A program made the translations under genes and the position numbers. This document shows positions 25,517-35,062 of a DNA stretch of 64,000 bases, one piece after another. The notes beneath the pieces were generated by a model. That model searched no databases, was not told the DNA's origin, and saw only the letters and a program-made list of their open reading frames with translations. Every line of letters begins with the position of its first letter. The stretch's first letter is position 1. The DNA is from Patescibacteria group bacterium (GTDB lineage Bacteria; Patescibacteriota; Minisyncoccia; UBA6257; 02-FULL-45-10c), in NCBI GenBank assembly GCA_018969615.1, contig JAGWYA010000002.1, positions 3,070-67,069 of the forward strand, read 5' to 3'.

Positions 25517-25846
25517 TTACCGGGCGATGCCGCGGACCGCTGCTGCGACCGATCGGGTAAGATCGTGCGCATCGGTGCGGGATGCTGCGGCGTTCACAAT
25601 GAAAAGAAGATCGGAACGGGAGAGAAGCTTCGGGGCGTGCATCTCCCGCAAGGCATTAAAGAAGATACGGCGGAGGCGCGTGCGGTCGGATGCTTTTTTC
25701 ACGGTCCCTTTTTTAAGAACAACGCCAAAACGGGCATAGGGGAACGGGCTCGGGAACACTTTAACTGAAAATTCGGGGAAGGGGATCGTGCGGCCTCGCA
25801 TGTCCCGGGTTGACTGGATCGGAAGACGGTATTTCTTTGCCAGCAT
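25517..25846 (-). CDS. rnpA: Ribonuclease P protein component
   Basis: 109 aa basic protein with KKYRL start, RTRLRRIF motif, and position downstream of rpmH. Confidence 0.8.
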   Translation of the reverse strand: MLAKKYRLPIQSTRDMRGRTIPFPEFSVKVFPSPFPYARFGVVLKKGTVKKASDRTRLRRIFFNALREMHAPKLLSRSDLLFIVNAAASRTDAHDLTRSVAAAVRGIAR

Positions 25847-25886
25847 AGATACGCGAATCGCGGGACATGCCCGCGAATTGCTTTAC

Positions 25887-26021
25887 TTAGACCGTCAACC
25901 GATGACGCCCCTTATGACGGCGCGCCGTCAGTACTCGGCGCCCTCCCTTCGTCCTGTTCCGGCGAAGGAAACCATGCGTCCGGGCCCGTTTTCGCTTTTT
26001 AGGTTGATATGTTTGCGACAT
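25887..26021 (-). CDS. rpmH: 50S ribosomal protein L34
   Basis: 44 aa [44 protein letters not shown]; the ORF track extends to 26225, but the canonical L34 starts at the ATG whose complement is CAT at 26019-26021. Confidence 0.9.
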   Translation of the reverse strand: MSQTYQPKKRKRARTHGFLRRNRTKGGRRVLTARRHKGRHRLTV

Positions 26022-26217
26022 GAAACCAGTATATACTATCGTTTCAGGCGAGGCAAGCAAGGAATTCGCTCCGCTGCACGGCCATTTTTTGCGATCCGAC
26101 AGGCATTGCATGGCATACCAGCGCACGTTTGATACAAAATGGCAAATTACTATGGACAAACGATCTGCGTCTCGGTCATACTGATAAAAAATACACCCGT
26201 TGCTGATGCAAAAACAG

Positions 26218-26226
26218 TTATCCACA
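26218..26226 (+). promoter_or_regulatory. Perfect DnaA box TTATCCACA in the rpmH-dnaA intergenic region (candidate oriC/dnaA promoter element)
   Basis: Exact 9-mer consensus; nearby AT-rich tract taaaatgaatatatatttt at about 26280-26300. Confidence 0.6.
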
Positions 26227-26392
26227 AGGCATCAACAGATTATTATCTTTTCACTGTTTCCTTCTGCGGCGCATCCGTTTAAAATGAATATATATTTTCG
26301 GTGTGTTTCTCCGGTACTTCTTAAAAATCATTTTTCAGTCCGTTGAAGTAAGGCAACGGGCGGTGGGAGAGTAATCATTTTATTTTTTTATC

Positions 26393-27760
26393 ATGGAGTT
26401 CGAACAATTGTGGCAAACTGCGCTCGGTGAAATAGAAACTCAGGTTTCTAAGCCGAACTTTGCGACCTGGCTGAAGAACAGTAAGCTCTTGGACAAGCAA
26501 GAAGGCGTGGTCTTGGTCGGACTTCCGAACACTTTTGCAAAAGAATGGGTGGAGAACAAGTATCAGAAGATCATTTTGAACGCGCTGCGCAATCAGGACC
26601 AGGCGACAAAGAAGGTTCAGTTCACGGTGCATAACACGAACATCGCTCCGACGCCGCTCCCGCAGCGAAAACCGAAGCAGGTCAGCGAAGAAGAGTTCAA
26701 GAAACAGCTTGCGTTCGAAGAACTGAAGATCGATCCGGAAACGAACCTCAATCCGCGCTATCGCCTGAGTTCGTTTGTCGTCGGCAAAACGAACGAACTC
26801 GCGTACGCCGCCGCAAGCGCGGTTATTGATGAGATCGGCCGGAAATATAATCCGTTGTTCTTCTACGGCGGCACCGGACTGGGAAAGACCCATCTCATCC
26901 AGGCGATCGGGAACGAGATCAAAGTGCGCTACAAGGATAAAGTACGCGTGAAATATGTGTCGTCCGAAAAATTCACGAACGATGTGATCTACGGGATCCG
27001 GAACAAGCGCATGGAGGACATGAAGGACAAGTACCGGAACGTCGACGTTCTGATCATCGATGATATTCAGTTCATCGGCGGCAAGACCACGACGGAAGAG
27101 GAGTTCTTCCATACCTTCAACGCGCTCTACGAGAACAATAAACAGATCATCATCTCGTCCGACCGCCCGCCGAAGTTCATCCCGACCCTGGAAGACCGCC
27201 TGCGGTCCCGGTTCGAAGGCGGCATGATCGCGGATATCTCCTATCCTGACTACGAACTGCGCCTTGCTATCTTAAAGACTAAGCTCCAGGAGCGCGGAGC
27301 GGCCTTGCCGGAGAACATCGTTGAGTTCATCGCCAATAAGATCCAGAAGAACCTTCGCGAACTGGAGGGGGTGCTGAACCGGATCCTGTTCTACCAGTAC
27401 GCAAAGAAGGAAGTGACCCTGAAGATGGTGGAAGAGATCGTCAGCGGCGTCCTTCAGCAGCCGACCAAGAACATCAATCCGAACCAGGTCATTAAAGCGG
27501 TCGCTGATTACTATGAGATCTCCCAGAACGATCTGACCGGCCGCTGCCGCCAGAAAAGCATCGTAGAACCGCGCCAGATCACCATGTACCTCCTCCGGGA
27601 CATTCTCGGCCTTTCCTACCCGGATATCGGCCAAAAACTGGGCAAGCGCGACCATACCACGGCGATCTATGCGACGAATAAGATCTCCGAAGAGATCAAT
27701 AAAGATCAGGACCTCAATCAGAAGATCCTGGCGATCAAAGATCTGGTTTATAAAGAATAA
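26393..27760 (+). CDS. dnaA: Chromosomal replication initiator protein DnaA
   Basis: 455 aa; N-terminal domain, Walker A GGTGLGKTHL, Walker B VLIIDDIQF, sensor/arginine finger, C-terminal DNA-binding HTH (TTAIYATNKI). Confidence 0.95.
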   Translation: MEFEQLWQTALGEIETQVSKPNFATWLKNSKLLDKQEGVVLVGLPNTFAKEWVENKYQKIILNALRNQDQATKKVQFTVHNTNIAPTPLPQRKPKQVSEEEFKKQLAFEELKIDPETNLNPRYRLSSFVVGKTNELAYAAASAVIDEIGRKYNPLFFYGGTGLGKTHLIQAIGNEIKVRYKDKVRVKYVSSEKFTNDVIYGIRNKRMEDMKDKYRNVDVLIIDDIQFIGGKTTTEEEFFHTFNALYENNKQIIISSDRPPKFIPTLEDRLRSRFEGGMIADISYPDYELRLAILKTKLQERGAALPENIVEFIANKIQKNLRELEGVLNRILFYQYAKKEVTLKMVEEIVSGVLQQPTKNINPNQVIKAVADYYEISQNDLTGRCRQKSIVEPRQITMYLLRDILGLSYPDIGQKLGKRDHTTAIYATNKISEEINKDQDLNQKILAIKDLVYKE

Positions 27761-27762
27761 GG

Positions 27763-27853
27763 TGGGGATAAGGGATAGGATAGTCTCTGTATAAATATGA
27801 ACGTTCACACTGCATATAAAAATTATCCGAAGATCTTCAGAGGGTTATCCACA
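27763..27853 (+). promoter_or_regulatory. Candidate oriC in the dnaA-dnaN spacer: DnaA boxes TGGGGATAA (27763-27771, reverse orientation, 1 mismatch), TTATCCGAA (27823-27831) and perfect TTATCCACA (27845-27853), plus an AT-rich stretch
   Basis: Boxes read directly from the sequence; AT-rich segment tgtataaatatgaacgttcacactgcatataaaaatta between them. Confidence 0.55.
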
Positions 27854-27959
27854 AGAAATCAGCGGAAAGAAAAACTCTTTTTTCGTTATTCCGTCTGGCT
27901 TCTCCGGTTTTCTCCCCTGTATTAACATCCCCTATTACCTCTTCTAATTCTTTATCTAT

Positions 27960-29069
27960 ATGAAATTAGTAATACTCAAAAATAATCTCCGCGAAGGATT
28001 AACGGCGATTGACCGGGCTGCGGGAGAACATGCGAACCTTCCGATCCTGAAAAATGTCCTGGTAAAGACCGCTGATAATAAGATCCGCCTTTCGGCGACG
28101 AACCTTGAGATCGCCGCATCGCGGTCCGTATCGGGAAAGATCGTTGAGGAAGGGAGTATTACGGTTCCGCTTGCGACCTTGCTGACGATCGTGAACAATA
28201 CGGCAAGCGAACGGATCACGCTCGAGACCGACCAGAACACGCTGTTTTTCAAGACGGATAACTATGAAGCGACCATTCAGGGTCTTCCTGAAGAGGAATT
28301 TCCGATCATTCCGAAGATCGAGAATAAGAAGGAATATCTCTCGTTCAGCGCGGATGTTCTGCGCGATGCGGTCCTGAAGATCCTTTCAACGATCCAAGTT
28401 TCAGAGATCCGTCCCGAGATCGGCGGGATGCTTTTTGATTTTGAGATCACGTACCTGAAATTTGCGGGAACGGACAGTTTCCGGCTTGCGGAAAAAACGA
28501 TCACGGAAACGAATTTTACCAGCACGTTTACCCGCGGGTTTAAAGTGATCGTTCCGCTGAAAACGATGCAGGAAGTGCTCAGGATCATGGTTAAAGGCGA
28601 GGTGACGATCTTCATTGATCCGAACCAGATCCTCTTTCAAGGCGAGGATACCGAGATCATTTCCCGGCTTATCGAGGGGACCTATCCCGAGTATGACGCG
28701 ATCACGCCGAAATCATTTGAAACGGAAATGACGATCGAACGCGAGCATCTGATGAATGCGGTCAAATTGGTCAGTACGTTCAGCGGAAAAGTGAACGAGA
28801 TCAAAATGAAACTTCACGACGGAAAGAAGGTGTTGGAGGTCTATTCGATGAATCAGGCGCTGGGTGAAAATAAATATCTGGTGCCGGTCAAAGCGAAAGG
28901 GGAATCGTTCGAGACCGCGTTCAATTGGCGGTATGTCATGGAAGGATTGAAGAACTTTGAAAGCGCCGAAGTGTTCTTCGGTGTGAATGGCAGCCATCGT
29001 GCGGCGCTGCTGAAGAATCCGAGCGACGCATCATATTTTTATATTGTGATGCCGATCAATATGAACTAA
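27960..29069 (+). CDS. dnaN: DNA polymerase III beta sliding clamp
   Basis: 369 aa, immediately downstream of dnaA; typical MKLVILKNNLREGL start and three-domain length. Confidence 0.9.
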   Translation: MKLVILKNNLREGLTAIDRAAGEHANLPILKNVLVKTADNKIRLSATNLEIAASRSVSGKIVEEGSITVPLATLLTIVNNTASERITLETDQNTLFFKTDNYEATIQGLPEEEFPIIPKIENKKEYLSFSADVLRDAVLKILSTIQVSEIRPEIGGMLFDFEITYLKFAGTDSFRLAEKTITETNFTSTFTRGFKVIVPLKTMQEVLRIMVKGEVTIFIDPNQILFQGEDTEIISRLIEGTYPEYDAITPKSFETEMTIEREHLMNAVKLVSTFSGKVNEIKMKLHDGKKVLEVYSMNQALGENKYLVPVKAKGESFETAFNWRYVMEGLKNFESAEVFFGVNGSHRAALLKNPSDASYFYIVMPINMN

Positions 29070-29083
29070 AGATATCTGCCAAT

Positions 29084-29112
29084 AAAAAACCTCCCGGCCG
29101 GGAGGTTTTTTA
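29084..29112. terminator. Bidirectional terminator (AAAAAA cctcccggccgggagg TTTTTT) between dnaN (+) and the PBP gene (-)
   Basis: Perfect palindrome flanked by an A-run and a T-run. Confidence 0.75.
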
Positions 29113-29116
29113 TTGG

Positions 29117-31597
29117 CTACTTGCGATAGATGATCAGTTGCTGCGTCGTTGTGTTGTTTTGCGCATCGGTTACGCGAAGCGCAAGGGAATTTTGCGGAAG
29201 GACCGCGCCGGGGACGAGGGTAAATTGATACGAGAATGATGTCCCGAACGAGCCGGTGCGGTCGTCAACGACCGTATTATTGAAGAGAAGCTGGATATGC
29301 GCGATGGACGCTGCGGCGCTGATCGATGCGGATACCGGGAACGATGAGGCGATGAATGATCCGTTCGTCGGTGCGGAGAAGGTGATCACCGGAGATCCTC
29401 CTGCGGCCATACCCGGGGTCGCGTTCACGACCGGGTTCGATCCGACCGGGATCGGATGGTTGTAGAGAAGCGAGAAGTTTGTGACGTTCTGTTTTGCCCA
29501 GGAAAGCACCGGATCTTCCCAGTTCTTGAATTGCGGGTCGTTCGTCGGATCAAGCGGCTGCGGTCCCAGTATATTGTCTTTATTGATGTAATAGAGAATG
29601 TTATGGATCTGCGGATAATTTTCCGTGCCGACGGTGTAGTTTACGACATAATCCTTATTGAACATCGGTTTCTGGGAGGCGTACGGTTCCGGTTTATTGA
29701 ATGAGACGAGCGGGCGGTCCTTGAGCGTCGCTTTCATAAATTCGCTCCAGATCGGCATTGCCGCAAGAACGCTGTATCCGTGGTTCTGCATCGGTTCATT
29801 ATCGTTATTTCCCACCCAGACGCCGACGACGAGGTCAGGCGTGTAGCCCATCGTCCATGCATCGCGGTAATCGTTCGTGGTGCCGGTCTTGAGCGCGACC
29901 TCATGGCCCGGAAAGATCGTCATCGCAAGACTGACCGGCAGGAAGAGCCCGGCGCGTGCCTGCGTGTCGGAAAGGATGTCATTGATCATCCGCGGATACT
30001 GCGGATCAATGACCTGCTTCGAGTTATCCTGATATTTTTCAAGAAGATTTCCTTTCGAGTCGGAAACGGAAAGGATCATCGATTGATCATGATGCATGCC
30101 GTCCTGCGCGATCGTGGAATAGGCTGCCACCATATCTTTCATGGTCACTTCGGCACCGCCGAGCGTCAAGGAAAGTCCGTAGCGGCTCCGCTCGGTGAAG
30201 GTACTGATCCCGAAATTCGAGGCGAGGTCGATCATATTATTGATCCCGGCGATATAAAGAGCCTTTACGGCAGGAATGTTCAATGACCAGGCTAACGCAT
30301 CGCGGATCGTCACCGGACCTTTCGAATCCGTTTCAAAATCGGTCGGTTTATAGCTGTTCTGGGGGATGCCGGTCGTATCAAACTCGGTTGGAACATCGAA
30401 GAGGACGGTATCCGGCGTCAGGCCTTTCTCAAAGGCGGCCATATACGTGAACGGTTTGATCGCGGATCCCGGCTGGCGCAATGCCTGCGTTGCCGCGTTG
30501 AAATTTCCTTCAAAGAGACAATTCTTTCCCGGTGTGCATCCTGCTGGTTCCGGAGCGCCGAAATAATCCTTGGATCCCACCATGGCGAGGATCTGTCCGG
30601 TCGTCGAATCTTCGGCCATGAGCGCGGCATTGTCTCCGGCATAGAGCTTTGTATTGTTCGCGGCGCCGTCCGCAACCGCTTTTTCAGCTTCCTGCTGCAT
30701 ATTCCAATCAAGCGTCGTGACCACCGTGAGCCCCGCCGTTCGGACATAGGATTCCCCGTATTTGTTATTGAGATAATTTTCTACCGTAAGAACGAAATGC
30801 GGCGCCTTGATGCTGGTCGTTTGCGGAGCGAGCTGGACATTTTCGTTCAGCGCCTGCTGATATTGCGCATCGGTGATATAGCCGTACGCTTTCATATTTT
30901 CGAGGACCTGGGCCTTGCGTTGCATGAGCGCCGAAACATTGCTGCCGTCGGAATAATACGTCGGTGCCTGCGGGAGGCTTGATAAGACCGCCGATTCGGC
31001 AAGATCAAGATCGGAGGCGTGTTTATTGAAATAGGTTTCGGCAGCCGCTTCAATGCCATAGGCATTGTTCCCGTAAGGGATCTGGTTCAGATACATACCC
31101 AGGATCTGGTCCTTGGTATAGTGGCGCTCCAATTCGACCGCGACGATCAGTTCGCGGACCTTCCGGAGGATCGTTTTTTGCGGCGAGAGGAAGGCGTTTT
31201 TGGCGAGCTGTTGGGTGATGGTAGAGCCGCCCTGAACGTAGCCGCCGGCAATGAAATCAGCGAAGACCGAGCGGAGGATCGCCTGCCAGTCGAAGGCCGG
31301 TTCGGAATAGAAGTTATGGTCCTCGATGGAGATCGTTGCGTCTTTGACGTAGGAAGGAATATCGGAGAACGGGATCGTCGTCCGTTTTTCATCGCCGTGG
31401 ATCTCATACAGAAGGACGGTTCCGGTCCGGTCATAGATCTTGGTCGACTGTGCGACCTGGCGGTTCGCAAATTGTTCAGGGCTCGGAAGATCGCTCATGA
31501 CGACCGCCGTGAATGCCAAGCCGCCCGCGATCAGCGCGACGATGACCAAAGTGGCTGTAATACCCTTATTTTCCCGAACAAAACGAGGAAGCTTCAT
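29117..31597 (-). CDS. Class A penicillin-binding protein (glycosyltransferase GT51 + transpeptidase) with a long C-terminal extension
   Basis: 826 aa; N-terminal TM; GT51 motifs EDHNFY, GGSTITQQLAKN, RKVRE; transpeptidase SxxK (GSAIKP), SLN, KTGT. Confidence 0.9.
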   Translation of the reverse strand: MKLPRFVRENKGITATLVIVALIAGGLAFTAVVMSDLPSPEQFANRQVAQSTKIYDRTGTVLLYEIHGDEKRTTIPFSDIPSYVKDATISIEDHNFYSEPAFDWQAILRSVFADFIAGGYVQGGSTITQQLAKNAFLSPQKTILRKVRELIVAVELERHYTKDQILGMYLNQIPYGNNAYGIEAAAETYFNKHASDLDLAESAVLSSLPQAPTYYSDGSNVSALMQRKAQVLENMKAYGYITDAQYQQALNENVQLAPQTTSIKAPHFVLTVENYLNNKYGESYVRTAGLTVVTTLDWNMQQEAEKAVADGAANNTKLYAGDNAALMAEDSTTGQILAMVGSKDYFGAPEPAGCTPGKNCLFEGNFNAATQALRQPGSAIKPFTYMAAFEKGLTPDTVLFDVPTEFDTTGIPQNSYKPTDFETDSKGPVTIRDALAWSLNIPAVKALYIAGINNMIDLASNFGISTFTERSRYGLSLTLGGAEVTMKDMVAAYSTIAQDGMHHDQSMILSVSDSKGNLLEKYQDNSKQVIDPQYPRMINDILSDTQARAGLFLPVSLAMTIFPGHEVALKTGTTNDYRDAWTMGYTPDLVVGVWVGNNDNEPMQNHGYSVLAAMPIWSEFMKATLKDRPLVSFNKPEPYASQKPMFNKDYVVNYTVGTENYPQIHNILYYINKDNILGPQPLDPTNDPQFKNWEDPVLSWAKQNVTNFSLLYNHPIPVGSNPVVNATPGMAAGGSPVITFSAPTNGSFIASSFPVSASISAAASIAHIQLLFNNTVVDDRTGSFGTSFSYQFTLVPGAVLPQNSLALRVTDAQNNTTTQQLIIYRK

Positions 31598-31629
31598 ATA
31601 TCGAGTGATACTATACTATAACTCTTCAT

Positions 31630-31663
31630 CCTTATAAAACAATAACAGCCGGTACCGGCTGTT
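31630..31663 (-). terminator. Terminator for the minus-strand acidic-protein/ruvC/yebC transcript (palindrome aacagccggtaccggctgtt followed on the minus strand by a T-rich tract)
   Basis: Perfect 20-nt palindrome at 31644-31663. Confidence 0.5.
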
Positions 31664-31694
31664 ATGGTCAGATCTGCACGAATCCTAAGACTTT

Positions 31695-31865
31695 TTAGTA
31701 TTCATCGGACGGCGCATCCTTATCGGACCCGTCCGAGTCATCATCGTCGTCTTCATCATCGAACTCGAACAGTTCATCATCATCTCCGTCGTCGAGCCGT
31801 TCTTCTTCCTCAAGCTCTTCGTCGAGGACGTCGTCGTTCGTAGTTTTCTTTTTTTGCTTCGGCAT
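31695..31865 (-). CDS. Small highly acidic protein (56 aa; MPKQKKKTT then a D/E-rich tail)
   Basis: The ORF track 31695..32006 overlaps ruvC at its 5' end; it is trimmed here to the internal ATG (CAT at 31863-31865). Function unknown. Confidence 0.4.
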   Translation of the reverse strand: MPKQKKKTTNDDVLDEELEEEERLDDGDDDELFEFDDEDDDDDSDGSDKDAPSDEY

Positions 31866-31993
31866 TGTTCTTGGTGCGGCGCATCCGCGCCGGTATTTAC
31901 GCCAATACGACCTTTGAAATGATAGTGACCAAAAGAGGTAATGTAACTTACAGGAAAGTATAGCGGAGCCGTGAAGAGTGTCAAGGGGCTGTT

Positions 31994-32500
31994 TTAGGCG
32001 CCCCACTCCCGTTTTTGGGATGCGGCGATCGCGATCGCCAGCGCATCGCTGGCGTCGTCATAGCCTTTGATCGAGGGGAGTCCCAGCAGTTTTGCGGTCA
32101 TGGAAGCAACGCCTTTTTTATCGGCGTTGCCGTATCCGGTCACGGCGCGTTTAACCTCGGAAGGCGTGAACTCTTCGATCGGAATACCGAAGTGTGCAAC
32201 TTCATTAATGAGCGCGCCGCGGGCTTGGGCGACCTCGATACCCGTCTTAACGTTCTTGGTGAAAAAAAGCTTCTCTATCCCGATCTTCTCGGGATGGTGG
32301 GTCGTTATAATGGTTCGAAGTTCTTCCGATGCTTTTTCAAGCAGCGCGGCAAGGATGTTTCCCGAGCCGTGCGCCTGCTCGGCCACTTTTTTGCGGTCGA
32401 TCTCGATCACGCCGTAGGCGATCATTGATAACGTTCGGTCAGTGCGGATCACTCCGTAGCCGATACGGGTGCTGCCTGGGTCGATGCCGAGGATGATCAT
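31994..32500 (-). CDS. ruvC: Crossover junction endodeoxyribonuclease RuvC
   Basis: 168 aa; ILGIDPGSTRIGYGVI N-terminus with catalytic Asp; conserved DASDALAIA C-terminal motif. Confidence 0.9.
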   Translation of the reverse strand: MIILGIDPGSTRIGYGVIRTDRTLSMIAYGVIEIDRKKVAEQAHGSGNILAALLEKASEELRTIITTHHPEKIGIEKLFFTKNVKTGIEVAQARGALINEVAHFGIPIEEFTPSEVKRAVTGYGNADKKGVASMTAKLLGLPSIKGYDDASDALAIAIAASQKREWGA

Positions 32501-32506
32501 ACTGAG

Positions 32507-33034
32507 CTATGCGGCTGCGTTGGTCGTGACGAGTTGGACGTCGTCATGGTCATTCAGAGCTTCTACGAGCTCGGCGATCTGCGCTTTCGCGGTATCGCTG
32601 ATCGCCTGAGGGAATTTTGCCTGCCACACCCCGTCCTTTTTTTCGAATGACCAGAGCACGCTTCCCGGAGTTGCGATCTTGGCGTTATGTTCCGAGAGAA
32701 GATGCTTCACTTCGGCGATCGTCCGATTCGTGTTGTCGGTGATGCCTTCGATGATGAGCGCGACGCCCTCCGGGCCGTAGGCTTCGACGACGACATCCTC
32801 AAGCGGTTTTTCTTCGGATGCTTTCGAGACAGCGCGGTCGATATTATCCTGGGGTACGTTCGCTTTCTTCGCCTGGTCGATCGCGGAGCGGAGGCGGGGA
32901 TTGAACTGCGGATTCGGGTCGGCCTTCGCCGCGATGGCGATCGCCTTGAGGAGTTTGGAGAAAAGAAGTCCGCGTTTCTTATCCGCCGCACCTTTCTGAT
33001 TTTTGATCTGTGACCATTTATTGTGTCCTGACAT
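32507..33034 (-). CDS. YebC/PmpR family DNA-binding transcriptional regulator
   Basis: 175 aa (short form); MSGHNKWSQIKNQKGAADKKRG start is diagnostic of the YebC family. Confidence 0.85.
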   Translation of the reverse strand: MSGHNKWSQIKNQKGAADKKRGLLFSKLLKAIAIAAKADPNPQFNPRLRSAIDQAKKANVPQDNIDRAVSKASEEKPLEDVVVEAYGPEGVALIIEGITDNTNRTIAEVKHLLSEHNAKIATPGSVLWSFEKKDGVWQAKFPQAISDTAKAQIAELVEALNDHDDVQLVTTNAAA

Positions 33035-33137
33035 ATATAGTCAGTATATAAAAAAATAGATTTCACGCCAGGGCAGCCGCATATGCTATCCACAAGATTC
33101 CTTGTGTAATGGCCCATGCGGGAGTATTTTTAAGGTA

Positions 33138-34820
33138 ATGGCTCAGGACCAGGGAGATGCGGGACAATTGAAAAGTATCCTTGCAAAAGCCCGTCATGAA
33201 GCGGAAGAACGGGACGCGCAACGCCGCGCCGGAGCGGCGGGGGCTCTTTATATCGACCTGGCGACCCAGCCGGTGGAAACTGACGCCCTGAACCTTCTGT
33301 CCGAGGAGGAAGCCCGTGCGGCAGGGATCGCCGTGATCGAAAAAAAGGGGGATAAGATCGTAGTGGCCGCGTATGACCCCGGATCACCGAAGACGAAGGA
33401 GTGCATTGCCGATCTTGAGAAAAAAGGACTGAAAACCCGCGTTTTCGGTGCGTCGCAAACAAGCATGGAGCGCGCCTGGGAATTCTATAAATATGTAACG
33501 AAAAAAACCGGGCCGATCACCGGGCGCATTGATGTGGATAAGGAGCGCGTTGAGGGATTGATCAAAAAGCTTTCCACGCTGGACCTGGTCCGCGATGAGA
33601 TCGAACACTTCGATTTCAAGAAATTTTCGACCGCGCAGATCCTCGAGATCGTCTTGGCGGGCGCGCTCAGGAACCGCGCATCCGATATCCATTTTGAGGC
33701 CGGACGGCTGGCGGTCAAATTGCGGTACCGCATTGACGGCGACCTTCATGAAGTGTTGAACGATCTGAAACCGGTGCTGTATTCGCACATCGTCTCACGG
33801 ATCAAGCTGCTTTCGAACTTGAAACTGAACGTCCGCGATGAAGCGCAGGACGGCCGATTCACGATCGGCATCGGGGCAAAGGAGATCGAGATCCGCGTGG
33901 CCGTCGCCCCCTCCGAGTTCGGCGAAGTGATCGTGATGCGCGTGCTCGATCCGGATGCGATCAATCTGAGCCTGCAAGACCTGGGCTTGCGGAGCGACGA
34001 TCTCGTGATCGTCGAAAAGGAACTGAACCGTCCGAACGGCATGATCCTCAATACCGGTCCGACCGGGTCCGGTAAGACGACGACGCTGTACGCGTTCCTG
34101 CGGCATAAGAATTCGGAGGACATTAAGATCATTACCGTTGAAGACCCGATCGAATATCACGTTGAGGGGATCGAGCAGACGCAAGTCGATGTTGAGGCTG
34201 ACTACACGTTCGCGAACGGCTTGAAGTCATTGATGCGCCAGGACCCGGACGTCATCCTGATCGGTGAGATCCGCGACAAGGAAACCGCCGAGATCGCGAT
34301 CCAGGCGGCGCTGACCGGCCATTTGGTTTTCTCGACCGTGCATGCAAATGAAGCGTCGGGTGCGATCCCGCGTTTATTAGACCTCGGCGTGAAAGCGAAC
34401 AGCATCGGTCCGGCGTTGAACCTGATCATTGCGCAGCGTTTGGTGAAGCGGCTGTGCGAACCGTGCAAGGTTGCAGCGGCGCCGTCGAAGGAACTGACCG
34501 CACAGATCGCTGCGCTTGCGAAGGCATTGCCTGAGCGTGTGGACCGTGCTCTTTTGAAAGACGTGAAGATCTTCGCGCCGAAAGGATGCGATGCCTGCGG
34601 CGGAACCGGGTTCCGCGGGCGTATCGGAATCTACGAACTTCTCAGAGTAACAAAAGAGCTTGAAGAGCTCATGGCGAAGGGCGCGGGAGAGATCGCGATC
34701 CAGGAATATGCCGTGAAACAAGGAATGGTGACGATGCAGCAGGACGGGTTGTTGAAGGTCCTTGCGGGCGTCACTACGGTCGATGAAGTGGAAAAAGTAA
34801 CAGGCCCGATCGGAGAATAG
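33138..34820 (+). CDS. pilB: Type II/IV secretion ATPase, GspE/PilB family
   Basis: Walker A GPTGSGKTTTL; Asp/His boxes; tetracysteine CEPC...CDACGGTGFRGRIGIYEL. ATG 33138 (ORF track 33102). Confidence 0.85.
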   Translation: MAQDQGDAGQLKSILAKARHEAEERDAQRRAGAAGALYIDLATQPVETDALNLLSEEEARAAGIAVIEKKGDKIVVAAYDPGSPKTKECIADLEKKGLKTRVFGASQTSMERAWEFYKYVTKKTGPITGRIDVDKERVEGLIKKLSTLDLVRDEIEHFDFKKFSTAQILEIVLAGALRNRASDIHFEAGRLAVKLRYRIDGDLHEVLNDLKPVLYSHIVSRIKLLSNLKLNVRDEAQDGRFTIGIGAKEIEIRVAVAPSEFGEVIVMRVLDPDAINLSLQDLGLRSDDLVIVEKELNRPNGMILNTGPTGSGKTTTLYAFLRHKNSEDIKIITVEDPIEYHVEGIEQTQVDVEADYTFANGLKSLMRQDPDVILIGEIRDKETAEIAIQAALTGHLVFSTVHANEASGAIPRLLDLGVKANSIGPALNLIIAQRLVKRLCEPCKVAAAPSKELTAQIAALAKALPERVDRALLKDVKIFAPKGCDACGGTGFRGRIGIYELLRVTKELEELMAKGAGEIAIQEYAVKQGMVTMQQDGLLKVLAGVTTVDEVEKVTGPIGE

Positions 34821-34832
34821 CTTTAAAATAAA

Positions 34833-34995
34833 AATAGAAGGCTTTGTTCTGTGGGCAAATATCCCGTCAGGGAAAAAGTGGAACTTTCCTAAAATAAATT
34901 TTAGAAAAGGTTAGAATTATTCTGAGGAGTGGCCTCGCCTGAGCCAAGCCATCCGTCTAGAAGTAATTCCCGCCCACAGAACAAAACCTTCTATT
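34833..34995. repeat. About 163-nt non-coding element bounded by a 24-bp inverted repeat (1 mismatch): aatagaaggctttgttctgtgggc ... gcccacagaacaaaaccttctatt
   Basis: Inverted repeat read directly from the sequence. The interior contains the palindrome ctaaaataaattttag; the element sits between pilB and ruvB. Confidence 0.5.
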
Positions 34996-35062
34996 TATCG
35001 GAGAACACCTGCATTGGATTGATAATAATATAGCATAAATAAATACTATTGTCAATACCCTT

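Noticed and set aside
31866-32006. 5' extension of the small acidic protein ORF (track start 32006)
   Set aside because: The extension overlaps the ruvC coding region out of frame and encodes a Cys/Trp-rich nonsense peptide. It was trimmed to the internal ATG at 31865.
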